The notes under the pieces were generated by a model. That model was given only the letters and a program-made list of their open reading frames with translations, was not told the DNA's origin and did no database searches. A program made the position numbers and the translations under genes. 64,000 nt of DNA from Bugula neritina (Eukaryota > Animalia > Bryozoa), in NCBI GenBank assembly GCA_964035545.1, contig OZ037765.1, positions 186,001-250,000 of the forward strand, written 5' to 3'. The stretch's first letter is position 1, and each line of letters opens with the position of its first letter. Of this stretch, positions 13,601-26,300 are shown in pieces.

Positions 13601-15124
13601 CTAAACAATGAATATTCTTGACTTCAAATTATATAATCAGAACAACAATCTGGCTTAAAAAAAACCTAGACTTTTTGGCTTATTTAATATGAAAAAGACT
13701 GTTACTTTCACAAGACAAATGTCAAATACACTATATCTGCACCACAAGACCAAAATGAGTCTTAACAGGGTATACAATGGGTTTTAAGATAACATGTGAC
13801 TGAGTGTTATAGCCAATTCATTAAACACATATATGTTTAAGTTCAACTGCATCAATGTGAAAGTTTGATGCACTTTTTCTCAACGATTTGAATAAAACAC
13901 TCAAGTAGTATAAGTATTACTATCCATCTTGTCTTAGACTTACTAATTATTAATCAATATACCATAAGTATAATTATAAACTTATATTAATATCACAATA
14001 CCATTTAACAATTACTGGTTAGTGAATTACATATATAATTAAATGAATTAAAATAAACATAAGATAAGCAGATGTGAATTACTACTACAGTATCAATACA
14101 ATTATGAATTATTATTATTAATAATACAAAATTATATTAAAATAATAGGCTAATAATAATACTACACTTTATATAATGACAATGATTATCATTATGATTA
14201 TATTATTATTATTAATATTAATAATTAATGTAATACTAAAATATTAATTAACATAATACTAATACTTATACTTATACTAAGTTTAATAGTAATAGTAATA
14301 CTAATAGACAATAGACATAGTAATAGAACTAGTAGCACTAAGTTTAATAGCTATACTAATAGTATTACATTTACTATTACTATTAGTATTAATATTAGTA
14401 TTAGTAATATAATTATAATTATAATAAATGTAATTCAATACCTAAAGTTGAAATGATATCGTAATCTATAAGTTAATATATAATTATCACTATAACTATA
14501 AGTATAAGTATATTAATTATTATTTATATTATTAATTAAACGCTATTAGTATTACTATTAGTATTAGTAAAAGTGATACTATTACTATTGAGTATTACTA
14601 TTACTATTAGTATTAGTATTACTATTAGTATTAGTATTAGTATTATTAATATTTCTATTAATATTAATATTATAATTATTATTTATTAAATTTAATCGTT
14701 AATATGATTTAGATTATTATTTTAATCGACAATTATTTAGTTTAAAAATGTTATTAATAATTTATAAGCAGATTGAGCTTACCCATCTCTAGCTTTATTT
14801 GTTATATTGGAAAGTCGAAGTGAGAATTTTAGGTTCAAGCAAAAAGATATAAGCTGTTCAGTTGAAGGGGTGTACTTGTAGAGTTGAAGATATCACGTTG
14901 GTTGTGAGGGATGAAATAGACTAAGTACTTAACACGTTGCCGAGGTTTTCTTAATGCAAGATTATTTTAATTTTAGAGTTGTGTCATTTTTCAACTAAAA
15001 CCTATGCTTCGTGCATACACAAAAGTATTACGCAGCGATTACTAAAAAAATTGCTCGGTTAAGTACTTTTCCGCCGTTTTTGCAGAAATTTCCGCTTTTC
15101 CGTTTACGCAGTTTACAAAAACCG
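10641..15124. mobile_element. 4.48-kb non-autonomous TIR DNA transposon with 9-bp TSD (MULE/Mutator-like; superfamily inferred from TSD length only)
   Basis: Perfect 24-bp TIR CGGTTTTTGTAAACTGCGTAAACG (10641-10664 / 15101-15124), extending imperfectly to ~36 bp. TSD TAATAATAG at 10632-10640 and 15125-15133. No transposase seen. Confidence 0.85.
12280..14960 (-). pseudogene. Decayed intron-containing ubiquitin-specific protease (USP/peptidase C19) inside the TIR element
   Basis: Cys-box exon ITNFGNTCFLNACIQTISRTPPL (~13477-13559); EQHDVAE (~13075-13095); zinc knuckle CHFC; LPKVLAITLKRF (~12500-12535). In-frame stop near 12898 and frame breaks. No clean His box found. Confidence 0.8.
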
Positions 15125-16167
15125 TAATAATAGTTTAAATTATAATAATAATGTTCCTAGATTTAGTTTGAGTGATCACATTTTGATTTATCTTACAATT
15201 TTAATTTAAACTACTATCAAATTCATTTTCAATATGAATATCATAATCATAATGATAATCATCATCATGCACAATGACAATGAGTATGACAATCACTATC
15301 AGTATCACCATCAGATTGAGATTCAGTATCACAATGACCACGTCCACTGTGCTGTTTTTAATTTAAATTCTTACTAAATCCAACTTTTAAAATACTTTAG
15401 GTCAATAATTTACAATTAAATAATGACCTGGCTATGAATACACACACTGTACAGTCCCAATGTTTTCAGCTTTTAGTTTTTTATTTTCAACTAGTACTAC
15501 AAATTTTATTTAAAAACTGCAGTCAGTTTTATTAGTTTCCGCCAGAAGTCGAGACTGTCGTTCATGTTGGCGACTGAAAACGACTAGTTCTTTTTTGTGA
15601 CTTTTGGCGACTTGTTATATTTTTCATCAACAGATGATAACGATTTATTTTTTTAAAAACTTACAAAAACCTAATTTTAAAATATATCAAAAAAAATTGA
15701 CAGAAATAATAAAAGATGAATGGTTATTAATTTCAAGTGTATGCAACTCCTAGTTTCAATTTTCCAATTTCAAAACTCCCAATTTCAAATTGTCAATAGA
15801 ATAATTGTATTGTTAGTATAAGTATTGTATGTTATGATATTTATAGAACAAGGATCGAATGCTTTCACGGTTCACCTTGCGTTGATGGTGTAACTGCATC
15901 AATTATCTATGAGACAATTATAGTCTAGAATGCATCAAAAACCCTAAATAATTTTTACATAACGTAATAACCTTCTTGCTGAGTTTTACAAGGCAATTAC
16001 CAGAAACCTCAGATTAGCAAACCATATACACCTATTATTTAAATATTATAAACCTATTTTGTTGCACACTGGCCTTCATTTGCTTATTTAAGACATGGTG
16101 GTTCCCTCACTCCAGCTCTTGAATGAGAAGTTGCATGGAATCACATACTCAAGTTTTAGCTAAAATC

Positions 16168-16340
16168 TTGCTCATAGCCTGTGATCTATACCTCATCATC
16201 TACTCAACAAATGATTGTTGCTGTCACAACAAATTAAACTGTAAAGTCAAACAAATCTAACAGAGTTCCTTGACAAAACAGCCAATGAAATGAGACATTA
16301 CTTCAGAAATTATGTAACATGACGTATGATTTATCTAAGT
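16168..16340. repeat. ~170-bp dispersed repeat, also at ~20718-20890 and, split by Academ, at ~23942-24077 + 27613-27650
   Basis: Near-identical CTCATAGCCTGTGATCTATACC...GAAATTATGTAACATGAC. Confidence 0.85.
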
Positions 16341-17189
16341 TAATGCAGTATAATACTATATAGTATATGCTGGTGGTTTAGTATATAGTAGAAGATGGTT
16401 TTGGCACAGCTTCAACAAAAATGAATGAAAATGTTCTCAAGAGAAATATGTAGCTTAGTACAAGTAACTTACATAGCTCATGTCTGGCAGGAAAGACACA
16501 CTTTTCAGCCAATCAAAGTTGGCATAGTCAAGTCTTACTCATTTCTAGATTTAGTTTTAACTTCTGCCAAATTTATACAAAATTTCTAACAGAATATCTT
16601 TAGTATATTCTTCTTAGTGTAAGTATTCATTGCAGCATTCCATTATTAGGAGTTATGGTCTATTAACAAGAGGACACAACTCCTACTTGCAGTAACTAAA
16701 CCTGAATGTTATATTAGTTGTTAAACTGCAAACTTTATATCTCATGACTATGTTTACTACTTTTTACTCTGCCATCTGCCCACTAGTCCAGTGTAGTTTT
16801 ATTGCATGAGTTGAGTTGTGTAACTCGACTCACTCCTTGCAAGACGTCTTTGTCTCATTGTCTCTGCTCAGATACCATGTGATACTCTCCTATCATATTC
16901 TCCGATCATATCCGTAGATAATAGCAGCTGTAGGGGACTACATAAACATTGCAATGGTGTACGTTGCTCTCTCAACTATAAAATGTTATTATAGAGCAGA
17001 GACTCCCAAAACTTTCAATAAATGACGTATATTATCTTTTTATTTAAATGCGACAGCGCTTTGTTATATTCATTTCAGTTCATTTACGAGTTGGAATTTG
17101 TACCAGTTCACCTTAAGTCTCTAACACGAGCTACAATAAGGTATAAGAAGTGTAGTTATATACCCTTTGCTATGTGTGTGACTACAGTG

Positions 17190-17272
17190 TACAACTCTAC
17201 GGCATACAACTCTACGGCATACAACTCTACGGCATACACCTCTACGGCATACAACTCTACGGCATACACCTC
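17190..17272. repeat. 15-bp minisatellite (CTCTACGGCATACAA)
   Basis: Direct inspection. Confidence 0.85.
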
Positions 17273-17609
17273 ATACAGCTCCTAATCAGGGCAGGGATAT
17301 AGTCATCAGTTACTATAGACTGAGTAATTGATTCTATCTCTCCCCTCTATCACCTCATCACACACTCTGCACACTCACTCTGCAATGTGCTGTGCTAATT
17401 AATGATAAATTAATTACTCACAAGTTCATTGCTGCCAAAGTGCTGCTATAACATAGATCCTATACAGATAGCGGCAGCATATATCTAGAGATAGAGAGAG
17501 AGATGAAGTGCTATTGATCAGCTATCAGTGTTCCTCCTAGTCTTGCAGTGTGGTGGGAAATTTAGTAGAGCTATTTCACACAGTTTAAATTGCCAGTGGT
17601 AATACATAC

Positions 17610-17902
17610 GAGTGTATGACAGCATAGACTGGTAATATATATGACTGTGTGACAGCATAGACTGGTAATATATATGACTATATGACAGCATAGACTGGTA
17701 ATATATATGAGTGTGTGACAGCATAGGCTGGTAATATATATGACTGTGTGACAGCATAGACTGGTAATATATATGAGTGTGTGACAGCATAGACTGGTAA
17801 TATATATGACTGTGTGACAGCATAGGCTGGTAATATATATGAGTGTGTGACAGCATAGACTGGTAATATATATGACTGTGTGACAGCATAGACTGGTAAT
17901 AT
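17610..17902. repeat. 33-bp minisatellite, ~9 copies, downstream of the pore-forming protein gene
   Basis: Direct inspection; explains ORFs 17518-17955. Confidence 0.95.
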
Positions 17903-18165
17903 ACACAACTTGGTTGAGGTTTATTAAACAAACTATATATTATTTTCCACAACAATAAATAATTCTAGTGACACTAAAACTGAACAGCGAGTAGTACACA
18001 GAACACTTTATATCATGTGACGGAATAATTAAGTGAATTTAATGTATTTACATCTAAACTGTGTGTCTGTATAACATGGAAAGTTAGACTAAGACCTTAC
18101 AATGAGATCTATACATTGCAGCATTGAGTTCTAACACCCCACAAGAGCTAAGCTAACTAATTCTA

Positions 18166-21100
18166 CTACCCAAGTTTTTCCTCGGTTAGCTTTACTTCCT
18201 GTTTGACTCCAAAGTTGAACGTAGCCTTAGCTCTGGTAGTGAAGGTCATTACGTCTCTGTCGTACGGGTGGAGAGACTTACTTGTGTCCTTCACTAAGAC
18301 TTTCTCTTCCTGCAGAGTTGCCTTACCACTAATAATCCTCACGACGTCTCCAGCTGTGAAACAATTAGTATAATAATTCATCTTTGTAGCTTAAGTCTAT
18401 ATACAACATTGTAGATTAAATCAGTCTAATTAAATGTATAATGTAACATAACTTACCTATGTGAGTAATAAGGGAATTGTCTTTCCTGTTCACTAAGTTA
18501 ACTTTAATATCTCCATAGAAGTAGCTCTTCACGGTGTACACATTGTCCTTATAACAATTCTCGTCAACCACGAGAGAGGCTGTTGCCTTGCTGTTGCCGT
18601 TTACCTGAAATGGTAATGGAATGTTCACACACATCACACTATAGTATACAACCAGAGTAGTTCTCTTTTCTATAGACATCTGGCTACACCATAGACATCT
18701 GGTTACACCATAGACATCTGACTACACCATAGACATCTGGTTACACCATAGACATCTGGTTACACCATAGACATCTGGCTACGCTCTAGACATCTGAACT
18801 CACCATAGACGTCTGAACTCACCATAATCTGGCTATCATTGCTCCACTTCAACTCTTCCACCAGAGTCTCCGACTGGGTTTCAGTCATAGTTGTTTCCTG
18901 TTTGAATGTCGAACTTGCCTCCAGGATTTCTCCAGGTGTTTTGAGAGTCAGCGCAGCTTCCACCCCTCTTGTTACACCTGTAACACACTGATTGGTCAAT
19001 GCAGTGTTGTAACTCTCAAAGATACATGAGACTGAGAAGAAGACAGGGGTAGTACCTTACTCACACTACATGGTGTACTCACTAGAGATCAGATAAGGTA
19101 TGTATTCACTGTGACAAGAATATTGAGTTACAACGTATTCATAACTATCTAATACAATACAATAGATGATTAATAGAATCTGATACTAATGGGGGCTGGC
19201 AGGAAAGAGGCAGGGGATAAACTTTTATATAACATTATTTGAAGTATAATACTAAGGAAATCATCACTAAAATACATCTTTTCTTTCTTACTGATCATAA
19301 TCTATCTTTGTATGTTTTCCAACAACAAAATTTGACTTTTCTCGAACTTAGAATATTAAGTTATAAAAGCTTCCTCAGAAATGTTATCAGAAAGCAGAAC
19401 TCTCAGTGAAATCCTATAAGAATAAAACTTGAGAGTTTTCTACCATTGATTAGGTCACGAGATTATTAGACATGAAAATGGAGAACTTCTCTTACAAAAG
19501 AAAGCTTCGATAAGACAAGCAAAGTCACTTAATGATGCAGGTATAGTGTACCTTGCTCCAACTCTACTGCGCAGGTAGAATTTGTGGTTCTCTCGGTCTG
19601 GAAACTGTAGTTTTGAGGTGACGTTGTTCTATTTTCAAATGTTGTTTCAAAAAGTATCTAAAATTCAATATTAGACAAGTCGTAGATATACTGGTTGCCT
19701 GTCTGACTAGTTAAACAGCTTAGTCACTGAATTTATACCTAAACTATTGTTTAATTAGAATTTCAAATAGAAAATATTTCCCAATTCTGGTGGCATAACT
19801 TGACATGAAGAGGAGAGAGTAGAGAGTGGTGCCAGCTGTGTACATGCTGTGAGTTGAAGGACCAGCATAACCCCCCCCCCCCCCCCCCCGGCTGTTTATT
19901 ATCCCAGCTGTTTATTATCCCAGCTGAGTGGATGATGTAGTTAGACTACCAGGGTTAGTGGGTGAGCTTAGTAAATCTCTTATACTCTAGGCAATGGTTT
20001 ACAGACAGTAAAATGCAGTTCGTTGTAACCATAAGCAAGCTCTGTGATACAAGACTGCAGCTATAATTGCAGACGCAGCGGATATTTGTATGAACTTTGC
20101 ACATCCAACTTATTTCTGCACCTTTATCATCACCAGGGGAGATGTTAATTATCATAGATCGGCCTTAATCATACTTCAGTTAGCATAATTCCCATCTTCA
20201 GATGAGGGAGATAACTTTAACTCATCGAATATGAACCTAGACCTAGGTCTAGCTTACTTTAGCTTTTTGTGTAGGGGGGTTCAGGTTCCAGACATTAGGG
20301 CCGAACACGTGGTGGAACCTGACATCCTTCCAGTTGAACTGGTAGTCGATATCTCTGGATCTGATGGTGAGTCTCTGCAAGCAGCTTCTGTGTCTCTCAT
20401 ACTCCTGCTTAGCCCATCTCCTCAGGATCAGCTCTAAGTCTATGATCTCCTTCCTGTCCGAGGACCTAGAACAACCCAACTGTGAGCTACACTTTAAGCT
20501 CTAAGGCTATTACACAGTCTCATAAACAAGGGGAGATAATGCACAATCTACTCGACTAATTCAGTAAACTACTGCATGGAGCAACGTTGCGTCATCAACT
20601 TAAACCCTGTAAGTTAATCTACAAAGGAACCTGTACATCTAGACAGCCTAAGTTAGCCCGTGTTTTCTCATTGCTCTAATCAACCTCTACGGCTACAGAC
20701 ACTCCCCCATGTAGATGCTCATAGCCTGTGATCTATACCTTATCATCTACCCTAACAAATGATTGTTGCTGTCACAACAAATTAAACTGTAAAGTCAAAC
20801 AAATCTAACAGAGTTCCTTGAAGAAACAGCCAATGAAATGAGACATTACATCAGAAATTATGTAACATGACATATGATTTGTCTATAAGCTAACACACTA
20901 CCATACTATATATTCACATGTAAAATGTAGTACATCCTATATATATAAATATATAATATTGATACATACTGTATAGTATACATACATACAACTAGGTATT
21001 ATAATACACATAACATGCTATACATAATATACATACATACCATATATTACATACATATACAAATTATGTATAACATACATACGTACTATAGGTGTATATA

Positions 21101-21500
21101 TAATATACATACTACTATGCATGTATAATATACATGTATAATATACATATTATATAGCTGTTGATAATATGATATCTATCTCAACAAATGTAATACACCT
21201 CAACCTTGTAGTTACCATTTCATTCATAAATTACAAAACAAAAAGCAAAACTCCAGTTGCTACAATTAGCAGAAGACTGTTTTGTCTTAGATTTAGACTG
21301 ACTAGCAGTCCTCCACTGTTTGGCTACAATACTGAAACACTCAAAACAGTTTTGGTATATAAATATTCCTTCCATGACTTTCATAGCTTTATTCTAACCC
21401 CCCAAACTGGTAGTCAATTAAACTTTCTAGATCTTTCCAGTGAAGCAGCAGTAATAAGTATGAATTCTCACCGTTGGAGAGGTGTGCTGTCGCTATCCAT
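18166..21500 (-). CDS. LIN-24-like / ETX-MTX2 aerolysin-type beta pore-forming protein; exons 21472-21500, 20258-20465, 19552-19657, 18823-18977, 18457-18604, 18166-18353
   Basis: MDSDSTPLQRSSDRKEIIDLELILRRWAK...ILFETTFENRTTSPQNYSFQTERTTNSTCAVELEQGVTRGVEAALTLKTPGEILEASSTFKQETTMTETQSETLVEELKWSNDSQIMV...FNFGVKQEVKL. Ser/Thr-rich strands flank an amphipathic hairpin, as in this family. Phases are consistent. Confidence 0.8.
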
Positions 21501-22624
21501 ACTACAGCCCAGTCCGTCAGTATACCCTCTCAACTCACTCTGTAACATGCTACAGCTCATGAATTATATATTAATTTATAGCAGCCAATACAATCAAACA
21601 GAAACTACTAACACAATAATACCAGTGTTCTCCCCAGCTGGCACAAGGGTGGCACTGAAACTAATTTCAAATACTATATTATAATAATAACTATATACCA
21701 ATTACCATATATACTGTACTATATATAATAGAGCATTGATAATCAACTGTAGTGAGAAACGTGGAGTGAGAATTGAGTTGTGAATGAATATCACAAAGAT
21801 ATTTCATAAAAGATTTATCACAAAATTAAACAACACAATATTATCTTACAGATACCCCCAACACTGTCACCCACCTTTTATTTCTACCTCCTATCACCAA
21901 AGAGTACCCCTGTCAATAGCCAATCAGGTTATAGTCTATAAGAAGTGGTGGTATATGTAGAGTGACACTAGATATACTGGTTGCCTGTCTGACTAGTTAA
22001 ACAGCTTAGTCACTGAATTTATACCTAAACTATTGTTTAATTAGAATTTCAAATAGAAAATATTTCCCAATTCTGGTGGCATAACTTGACATGAAGAGGA
22101 GAGAGTAGAGAGAGGTGCCAGCTGTGTACATGCTGTGAGTTGAAGGACCAGCATAACCCCGGCTGTTTATTATCCCAGCTGTTTATTATCCCAGCTGTTT
22201 ATTATCCCAGCTGTTTATTTTCCCAGCTTTTTATTATCCCAGCTGTTTATTATCCCAGCTGTTTATTATCCCAGCTGTTTATTATCCCAGCTGAGTGGAT
22301 GATGTAGTTAGACTACCAGGGTTAGTGGGTGAGCTTAGTAAATCTCTTATACTCTAGGCAATGGTTTACAGACAGTAAAATGCAGTTCGTTGTAACCATA
22401 AGCAAGCTCTGTGATACAAGACTGCAGCTATAATTGCAGACGCAGCGGATATTTGTATGAACTTTGCACATCCAACTTATTTCTGCACCTTTATCATCAC
22501 CAGGGGAGATGTTAATTATCATAGATCGGCCTTAATCATACTTCAGTTAGCATAATTCCCATCTTCAGATGAGGGAGATAACTTTAACTCATCGAATATG
22601 AACCTAGACCTAGGTCTAGCTTAC

Positions 22625-23280
22625 TTTAGCTTTTTGTGTAGGGGGGTTCAGGTTCCAGACATTAGGGCCGAACACATGGTGGAACCGGACATCCTTCCAG
22701 TTGAACTGGTAGTCGATATCTCTGGATCTGATGGTGAGTCTCTGTAAGCAGCTTCTGTGTCTCCCATACTCCTGTTTAGCCCATCTCCTCAGGATCAGCT
22801 CTAAGTCTATGATCTCCTTCCTGTCTGAGGACCTAGAACAACCCAACTGTGAGCTACACTTTAAGCTCTAAGGCTATTACACAGTCTCATAAACAAGGGG
22901 AGATAATGCACAATCTACTCGACTAATTCAGTAAACTACTGCATGGAGCAACGTTGCGTCATCAACTTAAACCCTGTAAGTTAAGCCCTGGCCACACGAT
23001 CGTGAGAATCACACGAAATCGTCTATTTGACACGAAAAAACATTCGTACGAGAAAATTTGAGGGAATTCAAACGAAATCGTCATCGTTGGGTGTGCACAA
23101 CGATGACTATGGACGAAAAATCACCATCGACGATAAGTACCATTTGATTGGTCAATAGAATTTTAGCAACAGTGATTATTTCATTTCTACTAAGTTTCTC
23201 TATTTGGCAATGTTCTGCTGCTTGTATCTCGTGCAAGACTCATTCACGGACTAATAAAAATGACTTGTTGCCATCAAAGT

Positions 23281-23356
<76 letters not shown>

Positions 23357-26300
23357 GCACGCCAAATAAGTACTACAAATTTCAAAAATAGCATAAATTA
23401 AGTAGTATTACTATGCCTATTTGCATCCAATTTACTAGTCTTACATTTATAGCAACTGTAAAGTATTTTGCGTAAAATAGCTATTGCAAGCATTATTCAA
23501 TTCATATTCACATGGTAATCACAGCGAAGCTTAAACTTTATAGCTTTGTATTTACGTGCATGAGTGAGTTTTAATTTTTTTTTTAATTTTATATGCATAA
23601 AAAATGTTTTTAAAAACTTTACCAATAAACAAAACTAAAAAAATGTACACATAAAATACCAAAAAAATAACAAAAATGGCAAAATTTTTCCTTTATAACT
23701 TATATAAACTTGCGGTACCAATCTCGGCATAATGACTTTTCGTTTAAACGATCATGTGGCTGGTCAATACGAAAAGATAACTCACGAAAATCGTCACACG
23801 AGTTTCGTGTCATTCTCACGATCGTGTGGCCAGGGCTTTAATCTACAAAGGAACCTGTACATCTAGACAGCCTAAGTTAGCCCGCGTTCTTTCACTGCTC
23901 TAATCAACCTCTACGGCTACAGACACTCCCCCATGTAGATGCTCATAGCCTGTGATCTATACCTTATCATCTACCCTAACAAATGATTGTTGCTGTCACA
24001 ACAAATTAAACTGTAAAGTCAAACAAATCTAACAGAGTTCCTTGAAGAAACAGCCAATGAAATGAGACATTACATCATAGTCCGGTGGCAAGTGCCTCAA
24101 AAGGTGCTTAGTTTTTAAGTTTCGTAAAAAAAATGATGTAGATACCTGGAAACACATTTATCTGGGGTAAAATTTTATGCTGAAAAGCATGGCGGGGTCT
24201 ACCTTAACGTACCAGTGGCTTTCGGGGGTTAAAAAGCAATTTGAGCTCAGGCTATAACTTCTATCTAACTTTCCCCATTTCGTAAGCTCTATTATACTGT
24301 TCATACAACCAGTACAAAGACCACTAAAAGGTATCTATATTATGTGAGACGAAGCTCAATTTAGTCACCGATTTATCCTAAAGATGGGTATTCATCCTTT
24401 TACCCCAACTACTTTCCAAGTATAGAGAACTTAGGCTTAATATGCTAGTATAATGCAATATGTTCGACTATCCAGTAAGAAGTGATATAGAGCTGGTAAC
24501 AATATTAGACATAATATGTATTTATTGTAATAAGCTATGTATTTAAAAAGATTAAACTATATAAATGAAGGCAACAGGAAGTAATTTGGTAAATGAGCTA
24601 AGGCTACAAAATGTGCCTCCTGAGTAGTTAGCGGATTAGATGCATGAAATACAAGAAATATAATAGTGACTAAATTACTCAAATTTAAAACAGATTGACA
24701 GCTAACTTGCAGCCATGCACTAGTTTCCAATAAGTTAGGAACTTAGTCTATCAATATGACTTCATGCTAGGTGTAGCATTCTGCAAAGATGAGGTTAATG
24801 ACACTTAAAACTACTGAAATATTCATGAACAAAATTGTAACCTTAAAAGTCAAATGCTTTATAAATTCCATGGAATACAATCATGCTGAAAAACACTCAT
24901 CTGGATTGTCATCATCATCCAAATCTTCACCAGAAGAAAGATTTTCAACCATTTTGTTCTCACAATTAAGGCAACTGCACAGTGCTGTACATCGCAATTT
25001 ATCTTGTACACACAAACATTTTCCACCTTTACAGTTGGTCTTTTTGCAAGAACATTTCCTTGTTTTTAAGATGTCACTGGGTGCATGAGGCTCACTCAGC
25101 CATGCTATCTCAAGTTGTTCATCCACAATCTTCCATCCTTGATTATCAGGACTTGGACAGTTCATGATGGGCATGAGAGCAGAGCGCCACACTTTAGTCT
25201 GGTAGTTTGCCCTTGAAACTGATGTTTCCTCAAGAAAATCAATATTGTCATACACAAGTGTTGTTAGAACACCGGTTTGAAAGTCAGGAGGTAGATACTC
25301 ATGCTGCTGATTAGCGAGTTGCTGGTAAGCTATAGCTGTTTCTGCACGGAGAATAGCATCATAGGTTGGAACATGCCCCATCCCATTAAGCAGGTGAATC
25401 AAGTATTTTGATCCAGTTGCATGTCGCACCGTTAGTCCAAGAGCCATGGATTTCAGAGTTGGCCTTCCTTTAAACACAAGAGACATCAAATCCTGGCATA
25501 TTGATTCAACTTTTCTATCAGCACTGATTTCAGCACACGTGTTGAGGTCATTTGGAAACTCATCAATAAGCCCACTACATAGACATATAAAATTAAACAG
25601 AAGTGGAGGAATGGAGTTTTTTTAACTTACAGCATTAATTTCATGAACAGAAGGCACGCGTGATAGCTGCCTTTCAGAGCTCAAGATGGCATTTTTGATT
25701 GTCATTGCTGTGTGGTAAAGTTCAGACATAACAGAGAAGGGCACGAAATGTTCAGTTGGTTGAATGTTCTCAGGTTGCTCAAAAGTCGATGAATCGGATG
25801 TCGAAGAGTCGAGTTGTGAAGGCTCGGATAATTTTTATGTATGTGTTTTTCAAGTTCTGCTAAGCCCATATCACATTTGGTAACCAAGTCACTAGCATTC
25901 TTTCGTAAACTGGAGTGGAACTTTAGCTGACCCCTATAATCTCTTTGTAGTCTGTACTTGAGCCAATTTGTGCTATGCTGAGTATGATCTAGTGGGCTGA
26001 GTGTCTCATACAGTTTTAAAAGTTGGGTAAGAGAGAGCTTTTCATTTGATGTGATTATCCTTCTTTCAATAACTTCTTCGCAGAACTTTTTCCAATATGG
26101 GTCTTCTGTATACTCTTTGTTGATTGATTGAATCATATTCGTATATGACAAAACATATCGTGAGCGACAGGAATTGTGATACTTTACTTCCAAAGCAACG
26201 CAATCTTGATTTCCAAGCAGTGTTATCAGTCTATTATCCTCCATCCCCTTAGCAGCCTCCAATAGCTTGCCACATGAAATGGTCTCAGCAGAGTGAAGTG

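Noticed and set aside
16830-16975. AG/GT-bounded exon-like block on the minus strand
   Set aside because: Stops in all three frames; it may be a 5' UTR exon of the channel gene, but this cannot be supported without RNA data
21169-21684. 171-aa + strand ORF and its copy at 27931-28425
   Set aside because: No recognisable domain, antisense to exon 1 of the pore-forming gene; conserved only because of the recent duplication
23148-23369. Signal-peptide-like ORF in the MITE
   Set aside because: TTG start and runs through a (TA)n tract
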